DNA of 64,000 nucleotides from a virus, in the IMG/VR virus record IMGVR_UViG_3300042332_000310, positions 3,277 through 67,276 of that record, one strand, 5' to 3'. The notes beneath the pieces are model-generated. The model made no database searches. It worked only from the letters and a program-made list of their open reading frames with translations, and had not been told where the DNA came from. The position numbers were made by a program, and so were the translations under genes. Positions 1 to 8,418 of this stretch are shown here, piece by piece; the first letter of the stretch is position 1; every line of letters starts with the position of its first letter.

Positions 1-1
1 G

Positions 2-322
2 GTATGCCCAACGTACAAGGAATCATTCACAGAATCATATCCTCAAGAGGATACAAGATGGTGGGTATTCCAATTATTTAAGGATGGATTCACAGGTCGC
101 TACGAAGCGATAGGCACTAATGGATACGAAGATGAGTTAATATCGTATGAACAAATGATTGATGAGATTCTTGGCATCAATAAAACTATCACGCTTTGTT
201 TATCAAACTTGCTAACTGCTTACTACGAAAAAGGAGATAGCTACATGAAGATAGGTAATGATGCCGTAGATATTATAAAGCTAGAGGAATTATTAACTAA
301 AGTAAACCAATTAAATGCCTAA
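2..322 (+). CDS. hypothetical protein, 5' truncated by the window edge
   Basis: Frame 2 is open from base 2 (VCPTYKESFTE...) to TAA at 320-322; read by hand, absent from the ORF track. Confidence 0.7.
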   Translation, partial: VCPTYKESFTESYPQEDTRWWVFQLFKDGFTGRYEAIGTNGYEDELISYEQMIDEILGINKTITLCLSNLLTAYYEKGDSYMKIGNDAVDIIKLEELLTKVNQLNA

Positions 323-323
323 T

Positions 324-572
324 ATGAAACCACTAATGCAATTGCTAAATGAAACTATAAGTATTCAAAGCAACGACTACGAGTTTATCAAAAAAGAAAT
401 AGATAAAAGGATTAACATGGGTAATCACAATGTTGAAGCAAATGATTTCCAAGAAATGATGTGTTTCCTATTTGCTTGGAGCGATACTCCACAAGGTCAT
501 GCTTATTGGAATAGTGTAGTAACAAGAGAGGTTAAAATGAAAGAGGACTTACAGAATCATTCACAAGAGTAA
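324..572 (+). CDS. hypothetical protein with F-x-W-x3-x-QG-x2-YW motif
   Basis: ATG at 324 follows the upstream stop; motif FAWSDTPQGHAYW recurs in the next gene. Confidence 0.75.
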   Translation: MKPLMQLLNETISIQSNDYEFIKKEIDKRINMGNHNVEANDFQEMMCFLFAWSDTPQGHAYWNSVVTREVKMKEDLQNHSQE

Positions 573-602
573 ATAAATTATGTAACCAAAATCTAATAAC
601 AT

Positions 603-2306
603 ATGGAAATGACAATCGTAGAATGGCTTAACCTATTAGACGAGCCATACAAAACACGCGCCCTGTTGAAACTAAGAGAAGACAGGCGCACTAGAATGGT
701 AGGTAATATGAGTGAAGCTATCAACCAAGCATTTACTTGGCATGAATCAGCTCAAGGTAGAGAATATTGGGATGCTCTATACAAAAGTTACTTACGAAAA
801 GAAGAACTTGCATATGCAGAAGAGCGTCAAGATGCAATGATGCGCGCACAAGCTGAAAATCATAAAATGCAAGAAGAAAGAGTGCTGTTTTCAGCCTCAA
901 TGTATGAGATGCTTGAAAAGTTATCATGCGATTCAAAGGTGGCAGATTATCTAAATTCCTGGAGGTTTACTATAAATACCTTCGGCAACTATGTAACTAC
1001 AAGACGAGGGATGCTGTCCTTCTTGCCTAATGGTAGAGAGCATAAAGTAAACGAAGAGACAGGCAAATGGCTTAGAGATGGTAGGCAAGAGATGAAGCCT
1101 GCAAAATTGGCTCGTAGGCTAATCAGAGAATCGCACCTAGCAGACCTAACAGATGCAGACTTTGAGAAGTTCGGTAACAAAGTACGTGCTTATCTAGGCG
1201 TAGTGGGCGACGAGGATGGAGAAGGTAAGAATATAAGGCTAGAGATTATTGAAGGAGCAGCCATCAAAGATGCGTATCTAAGAGACAATTATAGTACGCT
1301 GCTAGGAGATGGCACAAACCTACACAACTCTTGTATGCGAACTGAATGTAGTCAAAGATACTTTGGTATCTATACTGAAAATCCAAGCGCAGTCAAGATG
1401 CTAGTAGCTAGAGATGAAGATAACAAGGTACTAGGTCGCGCTTTACTATGGCAATTTGATGACGGAGACAAGGGTATGGATACGGTATATGGGCCTGATA
1501 TAGTAGCACAACTAATGATTGATTGGGCTATGGATAATGGGTATTGGCACAAGACTAATCAAAGCTGTCATCATCACACATTTGATGGGCATGGACTAGA
1601 TAGGTATAGCAACTCCGAGCTTAGAGATATCAGCAAACTGACAAGAAAGGTAACGATTACATACAAAGAATTTGATTTTTATCCATTCGTTGATTCGCTT
1701 TACTATCTATGTAATGACGGAAGCAAATACTATCTAACCAATATACACGATAGCAATGTAGAAAAAACGCTACGAGATACAGGAGGTAGTTACGAAGAGC
1801 ATGACGACGACGATGATGATGATGACTATGTAACCCTTGAAAGCGGAGATAGAGTTCATCAAGATGACGCTTGCTATGTAGATTATCGTAATTATGAAGG
1901 GTCTAGGATTGATGGATACTATCTTGATTCTGATTGTATCTATTGTCTAGATGGAGAAACTAGACTAAGAGAAGATTGTGTAAGAGTTGACGGAGATTGG
2001 TACGCACTTGATGATGATGAGATTGCATATGTAGAAGATAGGAGTGATTACTTCTTAACAAGTGATACCGTTTACTGCGCGCAAAGAGAGGTAACAATAC
2101 ACGTAGATGATGCTGTTGAATTACATGACGGAGACTACTGCGATAGCGAATATGCTCACGATTGTGTTATTGATGGGGAAATGTATAAAGATAGTGACAT
2201 GGATTGTATTGATGGTGTATGGGTAGCGCTTGATAACAAGGAAACTTATTTAGAACAACTTAAAGAAAAACAAAATGAAACAGAACGAGAAAGAACTACT
2301 GCTTAA
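603..2306 (+). CDS. multidomain phage protein (QG-YW domain, NSCMR/GRALLW core, acidic Cys/Tyr-rich C-terminal repeats)
   Basis: 567 aa ORF; motifs NSCMR and LGRALLW; Asp-rich C-terminal third. Confidence 0.75.
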   Translation: MEMTIVEWLNLLDEPYKTRALLKLREDRRTRMVGNMSEAINQAFTWHESAQGREYWDALYKSYLRKEELAYAEERQDAMMRAQAENHKMQEERVLFSASMYEMLEKLSCDSKVADYLNSWRFTINTFGNYVTTRRGMLSFLPNGREHKVNEETGKWLRDGRQEMKPAKLARRLIRESHLADLTDADFEKFGNKVRAYLGVVGDEDGEGKNIRLEIIEGAAIKDAYLRDNYSTLLGDGTNLHNSCMRTECSQRYFGIYTENPSAVKMLVARDEDNKVLGRALLWQFDDGDKGMDTVYGPDIVAQLMIDWAMDNGYWHKTNQSCHHHTFDGHGLDRYSNSELRDISKLTRKVTITYKEFDFYPFVDSLYYLCNDGSKYYLTNIHDSNVEKTLRDTGGSYEEHDDDDDDDDYVTLESGDRVHQDDACYVDYRNYEGSRIDGYYLDSDCIYCLDGETRLREDCVRVDGDWYALDDDEIAYVEDRSDYFLTSDTVYCAQREVTIHVDDAVELHDGDYCDSEYAHDCVIDGEMYKDSDMDCIDGVWVALDNKETYLEQLKEKQNETERERTTA

Positions 2307-3348
2307 CATCTTGAATGTTCAATCGTATTCATACGAGACAAAGAGAATGGAAGCTTTCATTATCAAACACATTGAACGATTGGGATTGGATTGCACCTAT
2401 GACAATGGCAACATCTATGTAACCAAAGGTGTATCGGATAGCTATCCTTGTATTGTATCGCATACTGACACAGTGCATAAGATTATCCCCGATAAAGATT
2501 TCACAATCATATCTAATGATGAGTTTGCTATCGGTTACGATAGAGCTAGGATGCAAGCGACTGGCTGTGGTGGTGATGACAAGGTGGGTATCTTTATCTG
2601 TCTACAAATGCTGCAAGAGTTTGATGCTATCAAGGTAGCCTTCTTCAAAGACGAGGAGGTAGGTTGCGTAGGTAGCTATGAAGCTAATGTAGAATGGTTC
2701 AACGACACAAGGTTTGTATTGCAATGCGACAGACGTGGCAATGCTGACTTTGTAAATAGTATCTATAGTACACCATTACAGAGCAAACGTTTCAAGAAAG
2801 CTGTTGCACCTATCCTTAGTAAGCACGGCTACAAACCAACATCAGGTATGCTTACCGACGTATATGCACTCAAGACTCTAGGTGTCAATGTATCAGTAGC
2901 TAATATGTCTTGCGGTTATTACAATCCACATATGGATGACGAGACTATAGTATTTGCAGATGTAAACAACTGCCTTGAAATGTGTCGCACTATATTCAAA
3001 GACATGACAGAAGTATATACTCATTCAGCACCTGTTCAATCACACACTACATACTACGGAGGGTACAATAACAAATACATACCACCTAACCCTACGTCAT
3101 CTAGGTATGGCTCTTATTATGATTGGGATGATTGGGATACTACGCCCTTACCTAAAGATGCTAAGGATAAGGATGACAAGGACATTGAATACTATTCTAC
3201 TCACGAGCAATGCGAGTCATGTATGGAATGGGGAGAGATTGATAATATGGACTTTAGTTATGATTATAATTGCTACTTATGTCCAAGCTGTTCTGATGAA
3301 ATAATATACGATAACGCTCAACAAACCAAAAAACAAACATATGACTAG
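2275..3348 (+). CDS. M28/M20-type zinc peptidase
   Basis: Metal-ligand motifs SHTDTV, GGDDKVG, DEEVGCVGS, QCDR, GYYNPH; C-terminal CxxC pairs. Confidence 0.85.
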   Translation: MKQNEKELLLNILNVQSYSYETKRMEAFIIKHIERLGLDCTYDNGNIYVTKGVSDSYPCIVSHTDTVHKIIPDKDFTIISNDEFAIGYDRARMQATGCGGDDKVGIFICLQMLQEFDAIKVAFFKDEEVGCVGSYEANVEWFNDTRFVLQCDRRGNADFVNSIYSTPLQSKRFKKAVAPILSKHGYKPTSGMLTDVYALKTLGVNVSVANMSCGYYNPHMDDETIVFADVNNCLEMCRTIFKDMTEVYTHSAPVQSHTTYYGGYNNKYIPPNPTSSRYGSYYDWDDWDTTPLPKDAKDKDDKDIEYYSTHEQCESCMEWGEIDNMDFSYDYNCYLCPSCSDEIIYDNAQQTKKQTYD

Positions 3349-3598
3349 AGACATGAAAGAGTTAGAAACCTTTTGGAACAAAAGGGCAAAGCAAGTCTTA
3401 TTAGGTAAGACTATAGTAAGTGTCAACTATATGACGCACAAGGATGCAGAAAGTATGGGATGGTACAAAAGACCTATTGTATTTAAGTTAAGCGACGGAA
3501 CTGTATGCTATCTGTCTTGTGATGATGAAGGCAATGATGGTGGCGCACTATTCTTTTCAGACAAGAATGGTAAACATGATGAACTTCCAGTATTATAA
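3341..3598 (+). CDS. hypothetical protein
   Basis: 85 aa coupled ORF with DDEGNDGGALF motif. Confidence 0.75.
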   Translation: MTRDMKELETFWNKRAKQVLLGKTIVSVNYMTHKDAESMGWYKRPIVFKLSDGTVCYLSCDDEGNDGGALFFSDKNGKHDELPVL

Positions 3599-3616
3599 AC
3601 AATTAAAAAAAATCAA

Positions 3617-3877
3617 ATGAACAAAAAAGAAATCGTTGAAAAAATTAGAATCGTAGAAGTTTCCCAAAATAGTTGGGAAGAAGAGAATTTGTTATTGTTA
3701 ACTACTTTAACAGATGAACAGATTAAAGCTGTACTAACTCCCTTGTTGCAAGAAGAAAGGGAAGATGAAACAGGAGAAGTTATTTATGCCAATGAAGATA
3801 TGGCAAGTGTATTAAGTGAAAAATATCCTGATGATATTGTGGTATTGTATGGAGAACCAGATTATTTAACTATATAA
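3617..3877 (+). CDS. acidic hypothetical protein
   Basis: 86 aa ORF with A-rich leader. Confidence 0.7.
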   Translation: MNKKEIVEKIRIVEVSQNSWEEENLLLLTTLTDEQIKAVLTPLLQEEREDETGEVIYANEDMASVLSEKYPDDIVVLYGEPDYLTI

Positions 3878-3888
3878 ACAAATCAATT

Positions 3889-4089
3889 ATGCAAAATGTG
3901 ACTATTAACATTATTGAGTTGGCATCAGAGCTTGCTAACATGGAACTAGAGAATAATTGGATGGACTCCATAAAAGTATGGGTTGAAGATGATGATGGAA
4001 GTTTAAGCTATACAGAAGAAGCTCAAGATATATTTAATGACCTATATGATAAATACTATTCAGTAATTGAAAACACAAAAATAAATTAA
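3889..4089 (+). CDS. acidic hypothetical protein
   Basis: 66 aa ORF ending EEAQDIFNDLYDKY... Confidence 0.7.
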   Translation: MQNVTINIIELASELANMELENNWMDSIKVWVEDDDGSLSYTEEAQDIFNDLYDKYYSVIENTKIN

Positions 4090-4099
4090 AAACAAACAA

Positions 4100-4648
4100 A
4101 TGAAACAATCAAACTTCTTTGCTGTAAAAAGTAACAGCGCAAGGAAACTAAGAAACTTTATCAGATTGGTAAAGAGAATGGGTATTAATTACAATAACGA
4201 TTGGATTATTGATAGAGATATCCTATCCGACTACCCTAGAACAAATAGCCAATACTCTTTAGGATTCTCAAACAAATGGGGTGAGACTCCTGTATCACCT
4301 AATCTTAGCTGTGCTATGACTGCTGCTACTATTAATATAGATATAGATAGTAAAGATGGGTATATTGATGCTGTCAAGAGAGTATTGCAAGAGATTGAAT
4401 ACATAAGCACTCAAGTATTCAGCGATATCAATGGTGCTGAATTAAAAGTAGGCGACAGGGTGGTAATGATTGACAATGAAGACTTGCTAGCAGAAGATGA
4501 AGGAGATGCTACAGTATTTAAAATAGGAGAGGTTTTAATAGTTGAACAACTAAGAGACCTAGAACCTAACTATATCACTTTTGTAAGTAAAAAAACTGGA
4601 TTAATGAATGGATTCTATGGACATAGAGTAGCAAAATTAATTCAATAA
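4100..4648 (+). CDS. hypothetical protein with possible SH3-like C-terminal domain
   Basis: 182 aa; DINGAELKVGDRV motif. Confidence 0.7.
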   Translation: MKQSNFFAVKSNSARKLRNFIRLVKRMGINYNNDWIIDRDILSDYPRTNSQYSLGFSNKWGETPVSPNLSCAMTAATINIDIDSKDGYIDAVKRVLQEIEYISTQVFSDINGAELKVGDRVVMIDNEDLLAEDEGDATVFKIGEVLIVEQLRDLEPNYITFVSKKTGLMNGFYGHRVAKLIQ

Positions 4649-4650
4649 TA

Positions 4651-4682
4651 TTTGCAAATTAACAAAAAACAATTTAACTTTA
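4651..4682 (+). promoter_or_regulatory. Bacteroidota sigma-A type promoter
   Basis: TTTG(4651-4654)-20 nt-TAACTTTA(4675-4682), 4 nt before ATG 4687. Confidence 0.65.
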
Positions 4683-4686
4683 CAAA

Positions 4687-4923
4687 ATGAAATATAAAGT
4701 AATCAGCCAATTAGAATTAGAATTAGGCGAAGTAGAAGAAAACTTATTTGACTTTAAGAGTCTAGAAGATGCAAAAGAATACTACAGAGATGGCTTAAAG
4801 ACAATGGCTGAAACAATAGCAGACTTTGGTGGAGATTTTACAATTAGTCTTATATCCATTGAAAAGTCTGATGTACAAATACTTAAAAGAAATAATGTTA
4901 CAACATCAATAAACCAAATGTAA
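4687..4923 (+). CDS. hypothetical protein
   Basis: 78 aa ORF directly after a promoter. Confidence 0.7.
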   Translation: MKYKVISQLELELGEVEENLFDFKSLEDAKEYYRDGLKTMAETIADFGGDFTISLISIEKSDVQILKRNNVTTSINQM

Positions 4924-4924
4924 T

Positions 4925-5158
4925 ATGACAACTATCAACAAGTTAAGCACGGCATTGACTACGCTAAAAGACATTCCATACATGGAAAGGTGCGACATGA
5001 TTGGTTCTGTACAAAGAGAATCAATACCTGAATCTTATTCACTAAAAGAAGAAGTTATAATGCACGGATATAGGATATGCATTTATGACATGGGTTTGGT
5101 TGGCAAGAAATCATACTTTGTAGATATTAAACAATTAGGTTACTTTCAAATAATGTAA
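4925..5158 (+). CDS. hypothetical protein
   Basis: 77 aa tightly packed ORF. Confidence 0.65.
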   Translation: MTTINKLSTALTTLKDIPYMERCDMIGSVQRESIPESYSLKEEVIMHGYRICIYDMGLVGKKSYFVDIKQLGYFQIM

Positions 5159-5159
5159 A

Positions 5160-5561
5160 ATGCTAGATGAATTAATTAGTCCTTATGTATATGTTGGCAT
5201 AAGAGGAGCTGACATACCTATAAAATTTAGGAAGTCACTAAAAGAACAAAAGCCTTTATATACACAACAAATGGTGGTAGAAGCTGTTGAGGATGTCATG
5301 GGTATCGCTTTTGCAGAGATGCAGAGTAAGTATAGATTCAGACAGATAACTCAGGCTAGGAATATGTACTGCCATTATATGTATAAGTATCTTGGATGGA
5401 CATTGCTTGAAATTGGTAAAAGTATAGGAGGCAGAGACCATACTACCGTTATGCATAACATAAAGGTACATGACGATATGTGTTACTCTGACCCTGAATT
5501 TGAAAAGAAATCTTTAGCCATTAAAACAATGATAGAATGGAAGAAGCTAAATACTATTTAG
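5160..5561 (+). CDS. stand-alone DnaA C-terminal (domain IV) DNA-binding protein
   Basis: ARNMYCHY...TLLEIGKSIGGRDHTTVMH matches the DnaA signature IG..FGGRDHTTV.H. Confidence 0.88.
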   Translation: MLDELISPYVYVGIRGADIPIKFRKSLKEQKPLYTQQMVVEAVEDVMGIAFAEMQSKYRFRQITQARNMYCHYMYKYLGWTLLEIGKSIGGRDHTTVMHNIKVHDDMCYSDPEFEKKSLAIKTMIEWKKLNTI

Positions 5562-5764
5562 ACAACGGCATGGTTGTATTTACAGAGAAGTTCCTTTTAG
5601 ATAGGGGATTCTGTTGCGATAACGGATGCCGTCATTGTCCATATAAAAAATTAAATAAAAATGAATATATTAAAACAGATTTTTCAACCTCCGAGAGCGG
5701 AGAAACCAAGCCTAAGCTACGACAAGGCTGTCCTCACAGCAGAATTGAGGACGAAGATGCTTGA
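5537..5764 (+). CDS. DUF5522-like cysteine-rich protein
   Basis: YYLDNGMVVFTEKFLLDRGFCCDNGCRHCPY motif. Confidence 0.75.
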   Translation: MEEAKYYLDNGMVVFTEKFLLDRGFCCDNGCRHCPYKKLNKNEYIKTDFSTSESGETKPKLRQGCPHSRIEDEDA

Positions 5765-6047
5765 TGATTTATTTTCTATTCAGCGTGATATCCTTGACAA
5801 GAAAGGGTATGACTACGCAGGGGAAGATGTGCTGTCTAATTTTAGATTAGCTGGCATGATTGTCAATCAAAGTGTACGCAATCCTGATGCTGTCAACTGC
5901 CTTAACTTAATAGGCACTAAGGTCGCAAGGCTAGGGCAATTGCTTTCATCAAACAAATCTGTTCAGAATGAGTCTATTCAAGACTCTGTTGTTGACCTGT
6001 GTAACTATAGCGCATTACTTTATCTAATCCTAAAAATGGAAAAATAA
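5661..6047 (+). CDS. nucleotide-modification-associated domain 1 (DUF1599-like) protein
   Basis: KKGYDYA...NF...KVARL...ESIQDSVVDLCNYSAL pattern. Confidence 0.75.
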   Translation: MNILKQIFQPPRAEKPSLSYDKAVLTAELRTKMLDDLFSIQRDILDKKGYDYAGEDVLSNFRLAGMIVNQSVRNPDAVNCLNLIGTKVARLGQLLSSNKSVQNESIQDSVVDLCNYSALLYLILKMEK

Positions 6048-6125
6048 ATGATAAAAATAATTATAACAATAGCGATATGGGAATTAACTAAATTCATATT
6101 CTATAAACTTATAAACGAATAACAT

Positions 6126-6254
6126 ATGAAACCAAAATTTAAACTAACCTGCAATGCAGGTAGTTACGAAGCTGACACATTTTTTGCCTTAATTATTGAA
6201 GTATTAAAACATAGATTCTGGCATCTAAGAACACACGGAAAATGGATGGATTAA
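6126..6254 (+). CDS. small hypothetical protein (42 aa)
   Basis: MKPKFKLTCNAGSYEADTFFALIIEVLKHRFWHLRTHGKWMD read by hand; fills a gap between genes. Confidence 0.6.
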   Translation: MKPKFKLTCNAGSYEADTFFALIIEVLKHRFWHLRTHGKWMD

Positions 6255-6273
6255 AACTTTAAATAAATAACAT

Positions 6274-6477
6274 ATGAAAACAGCAATGCAAGAGATGTTG
6301 GAATGGACTAGAAGCACATTCCCAATGGATTTAGACACTCCAAGAATGATTGAAGATAAGATTCAGTCATTACTTGAAAAAGAAAAAGAGCAGACAATAG
6401 ACTTTGCTTATGGGTGTGTGCAACATATAAGTAGAGAGGATATTGAAGAATACTATAACCGAACCTATAACCTATGA
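6274..6477 (+). CDS. hypothetical protein
   Basis: MKTAMQE...LLEKEKEQ...YYN pattern common in Bacteroidota phages. Confidence 0.75.
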   Translation: MKTAMQEMLEWTRSTFPMDLDTPRMIEDKIQSLLEKEKEQTIDFAYGCVQHISREDIEEYYNRTYNL

Positions 6478-6698
6478 CAAGCTATCAGAAACTACAGCAT
6501 ACCAATGAGCTGTTAGAAGATAAGATAAGAGAGCTTACTAGACAGCTTATGGTTATATCTATGGGCAATGAATTATCAGCCGAGGCTAGGTATATAAAGT
6601 CTTTTTATAGACTAAGGTATAGGTCGGAGCATGCATTATGGCATGGAGATGTAGGAGAATTTAAATCTTATGGAATATCAAATAAAATAAATCAATAA
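6474..6698 (+). CDS. hypothetical protein
   Basis: 74 aa, overlaps the upstream stop. Confidence 0.65.
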   Translation: MTSYQKLQHTNELLEDKIRELTRQLMVISMGNELSAEARYIKSFYRLRYRSEHALWHGDVGEFKSYGISNKINQ

Positions 6699-6701
6699 CA
6701 T

Positions 6702-6959
6702 ATGACTAAAGTACAAATCAAATGCAGAATGTGTGCTAAACAGCCTAAATTTGGGCTGATAGGCAAGACATTTTATGTGCTAGGCAATGATAATATTCTA
6801 TGCCATAGACACTGGTATCAATGCGATACCCCCAAATGTGAGCTGTTTGGAGACTATGATGACTTAAATGCTAAGTTAAATCCAAAGGCTAAAAAGAATC
6901 AAATAAAGCCTATTGACGTAGTAAAGGCTATTGTTAAACAATCAAATCAAACAACATGA
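6702..6959 (+). CDS. putative zinc-finger protein
   Basis: CRMC ... CDTPKC. Confidence 0.6.
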   Translation: MTKVQIKCRMCAKQPKFGLIGKTFYVLGNDNILCHRHWYQCDTPKCELFGDYDDLNAKLNPKAKKNQIKPIDVVKAIVKQSNQTT

Positions 6960-7150
6960 ATATAGGAATAACGAATATAGAATTTGACTTATCTTCTCCA
7001 TTATTTGGCACAGGAGATAACTCTTTGTTAATTGGTATTTCAAGTACAGAAGGGTTTACAGATTGCTGTAATGACCCTGTAATTGTATTTGAGATTGGCA
7101 TTTTAGTGGCAAAGCTAACTATCATCACAAGCCGTAACCATAAACATTAA
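6956..7150 (+). CDS. hypothetical protein
   Basis: 64 aa, ATGA overlap with the upstream gene. Confidence 0.6.
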   Translation: MNIGITNIEFDLSSPLFGTGDNSLLIGISSTEGFTDCCNDPVIVFEIGILVAKLTIITSRNHKH

Positions 7151-7156
7151 AATAAA

Positions 7157-7188
7157 TTTGGTGGTTTAAAATAAGCTACTTAATTTTG
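7157..7188 (+). promoter_or_regulatory. Bacteroidota sigma-A type promoter
   Basis: TTTG(7157-7160)-20 nt-TAATTTTG(7181-7188), full consensus. Confidence 0.8.
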
Positions 7189-7192
7189 TGTT

Positions 7193-7293
7193 GCAAATCC
7201 GATAAGGTAAGGGAGATACGTTATCGGGTATGTTTAAAGAACTAACCCTTCTTAAGATATGCCCATCAAAATCTCCCTTTGGTGGGCTTTTTT
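7193..7293 (+). ncRNA. candidate kissing-loop small RNA or attenuator
   Basis: Hairpin 7197-7229 exposes GGGAGA(T); terminator hairpin 7261-7287 has loop ATCTCCC and is followed by T6. Confidence 0.55.
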
Positions 7294-7527
7294 ATCACCC
7301 TATCTGATGTAGTCAAAGCAATATGGCTACTGCACCTACTGATATCTGCCTGAAGTTAAGTACGGCTGTCCATCATATGGGAAACGCATAAGGTCTAAAC
7401 CTCCGATATTTATTCTTACACTTTCCTTTGCATTTGCAATGGGGGAGGGTAGGGAGGGGGTGTAACACAGATAATCAACTACATACAAGAGGCTGTCAAA
7501 CAGCCGTAAAAAATAAAGTAAAAAATA

Positions 7528-7559
7528 TTTGGATAGTAGTATAGTATTTTGTAATTTCA
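7528..7559 (+). promoter_or_regulatory. Bacteroidota sigma-A type promoter
   Basis: TTTG(7528-7531)-20 nt-TAATTTCA(7552-7559) upstream of erf. Confidence 0.55.
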
Positions 7560-7581
7560 CAAACAATAAAAAAAATAACCA

Positions 7582-8157
7582 ATGAAGAGTTTATTAACAG
7601 CATTAGCTAAGTTTCAGCAGGAATGTCCTGCAGTAGAGAAGGGTAAGGATAACCCATTCTTTAAGTCAAAGTATGCAGGTTTAGATGCAATACAGTATGT
7701 AATACAGCCAGTATTATCTAAGCATGGATTAGTGGTAACTCAATGTAATATTGCGACAGACGGTGGTCTGTTTGTAGAGACAAGAGTATATCATGCAGAT
7801 AGTGAAGACAAGTACATATCGTCTATATTCCCTATCATCATTCAAAAGAATACAGCTCAAGATTATGGTAGTGCTGTTAGCTATGCTAAGAGATACTCAT
7901 TAACAGGAGTATTGAATGTAAGAGTAGTAGATGAAAGTGATGACGATGGCAATACAGCATCTGTTCAGCATCCACAAGTTGAGAAGAAAGCAGCACCTAT
8001 CGTAAAGAAAGTAGCTGTTAAGCTGCCTGAATTAGTAGAAGGTACTGATATATTTTTTGTAGTACAAAAGGCTATGAAAGAAGGACAGACTACTATTGAA
8101 AGATTAAAGACTAAATATATCTTATCTAAAGATGTAGAAGCTAAACTAACTAAATAA
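7582..8157 (+). CDS. erf: ERF family single-strand annealing protein
   Basis: ALAKFQ...KDNPFFKSKYA.L...AQDYGSAVSYAKRYSL...DDDGN. Confidence 0.92.
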   Translation: MKSLLTALAKFQQECPAVEKGKDNPFFKSKYAGLDAIQYVIQPVLSKHGLVVTQCNIATDGGLFVETRVYHADSEDKYISSIFPIIIQKNTAQDYGSAVSYAKRYSLTGVLNVRVVDESDDDGNTASVQHPQVEKKAAPIVKKVAVKLPELVEGTDIFFVVQKAMKEGQTTIERLKTKYILSKDVEAKLTK

Positions 8158-8162
8158 ATTAT

Positions 8163-8414
8163 ATGCAAGCATCTAACGAAACATACCTTGATGTAGAGAA
8201 TAATCAAAAGTCTGTTGAAGAACAGCTAAGAGAAAGAATACTTAGACTAGAGTCTTTACTAGAAGATACAAGGGATGAGATTCAAATCATACAGACAGAA
8301 CTAGAGTCTATACTTAACGCACTGTATAATGCAGTAGAGAATGGAGTACAGCTCAATATAGGTATAGTAGTAGGACAAACAATGTCTAAACTATCCGATA
8401 TAATAGGCAAATAA
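8163..8414 (+). CDS. coiled-coil hypothetical protein
   Basis: 83 aa with heptad pattern. Confidence 0.7.
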   Translation: MQASNETYLDVENNQKSVEEQLRERILRLESLLEDTRDEIQIIQTELESILNALYNAVENGVQLNIGIVVGQTMSKLSDIIGK

Positions 8415-8418
8415 AAAT

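Noticed and set aside
1803-1826. GAC/GAT trinucleotide run as a phase-variation tract
   Set aside because: In-frame mixed codons encoding a poly-Asp linker; slippage would not shift the frame
7336-7566. 76-aa minus-strand ORF
   Set aside because: Opposes the local gene direction, overlaps a promoter and structured DNA, and has no recognisable motif
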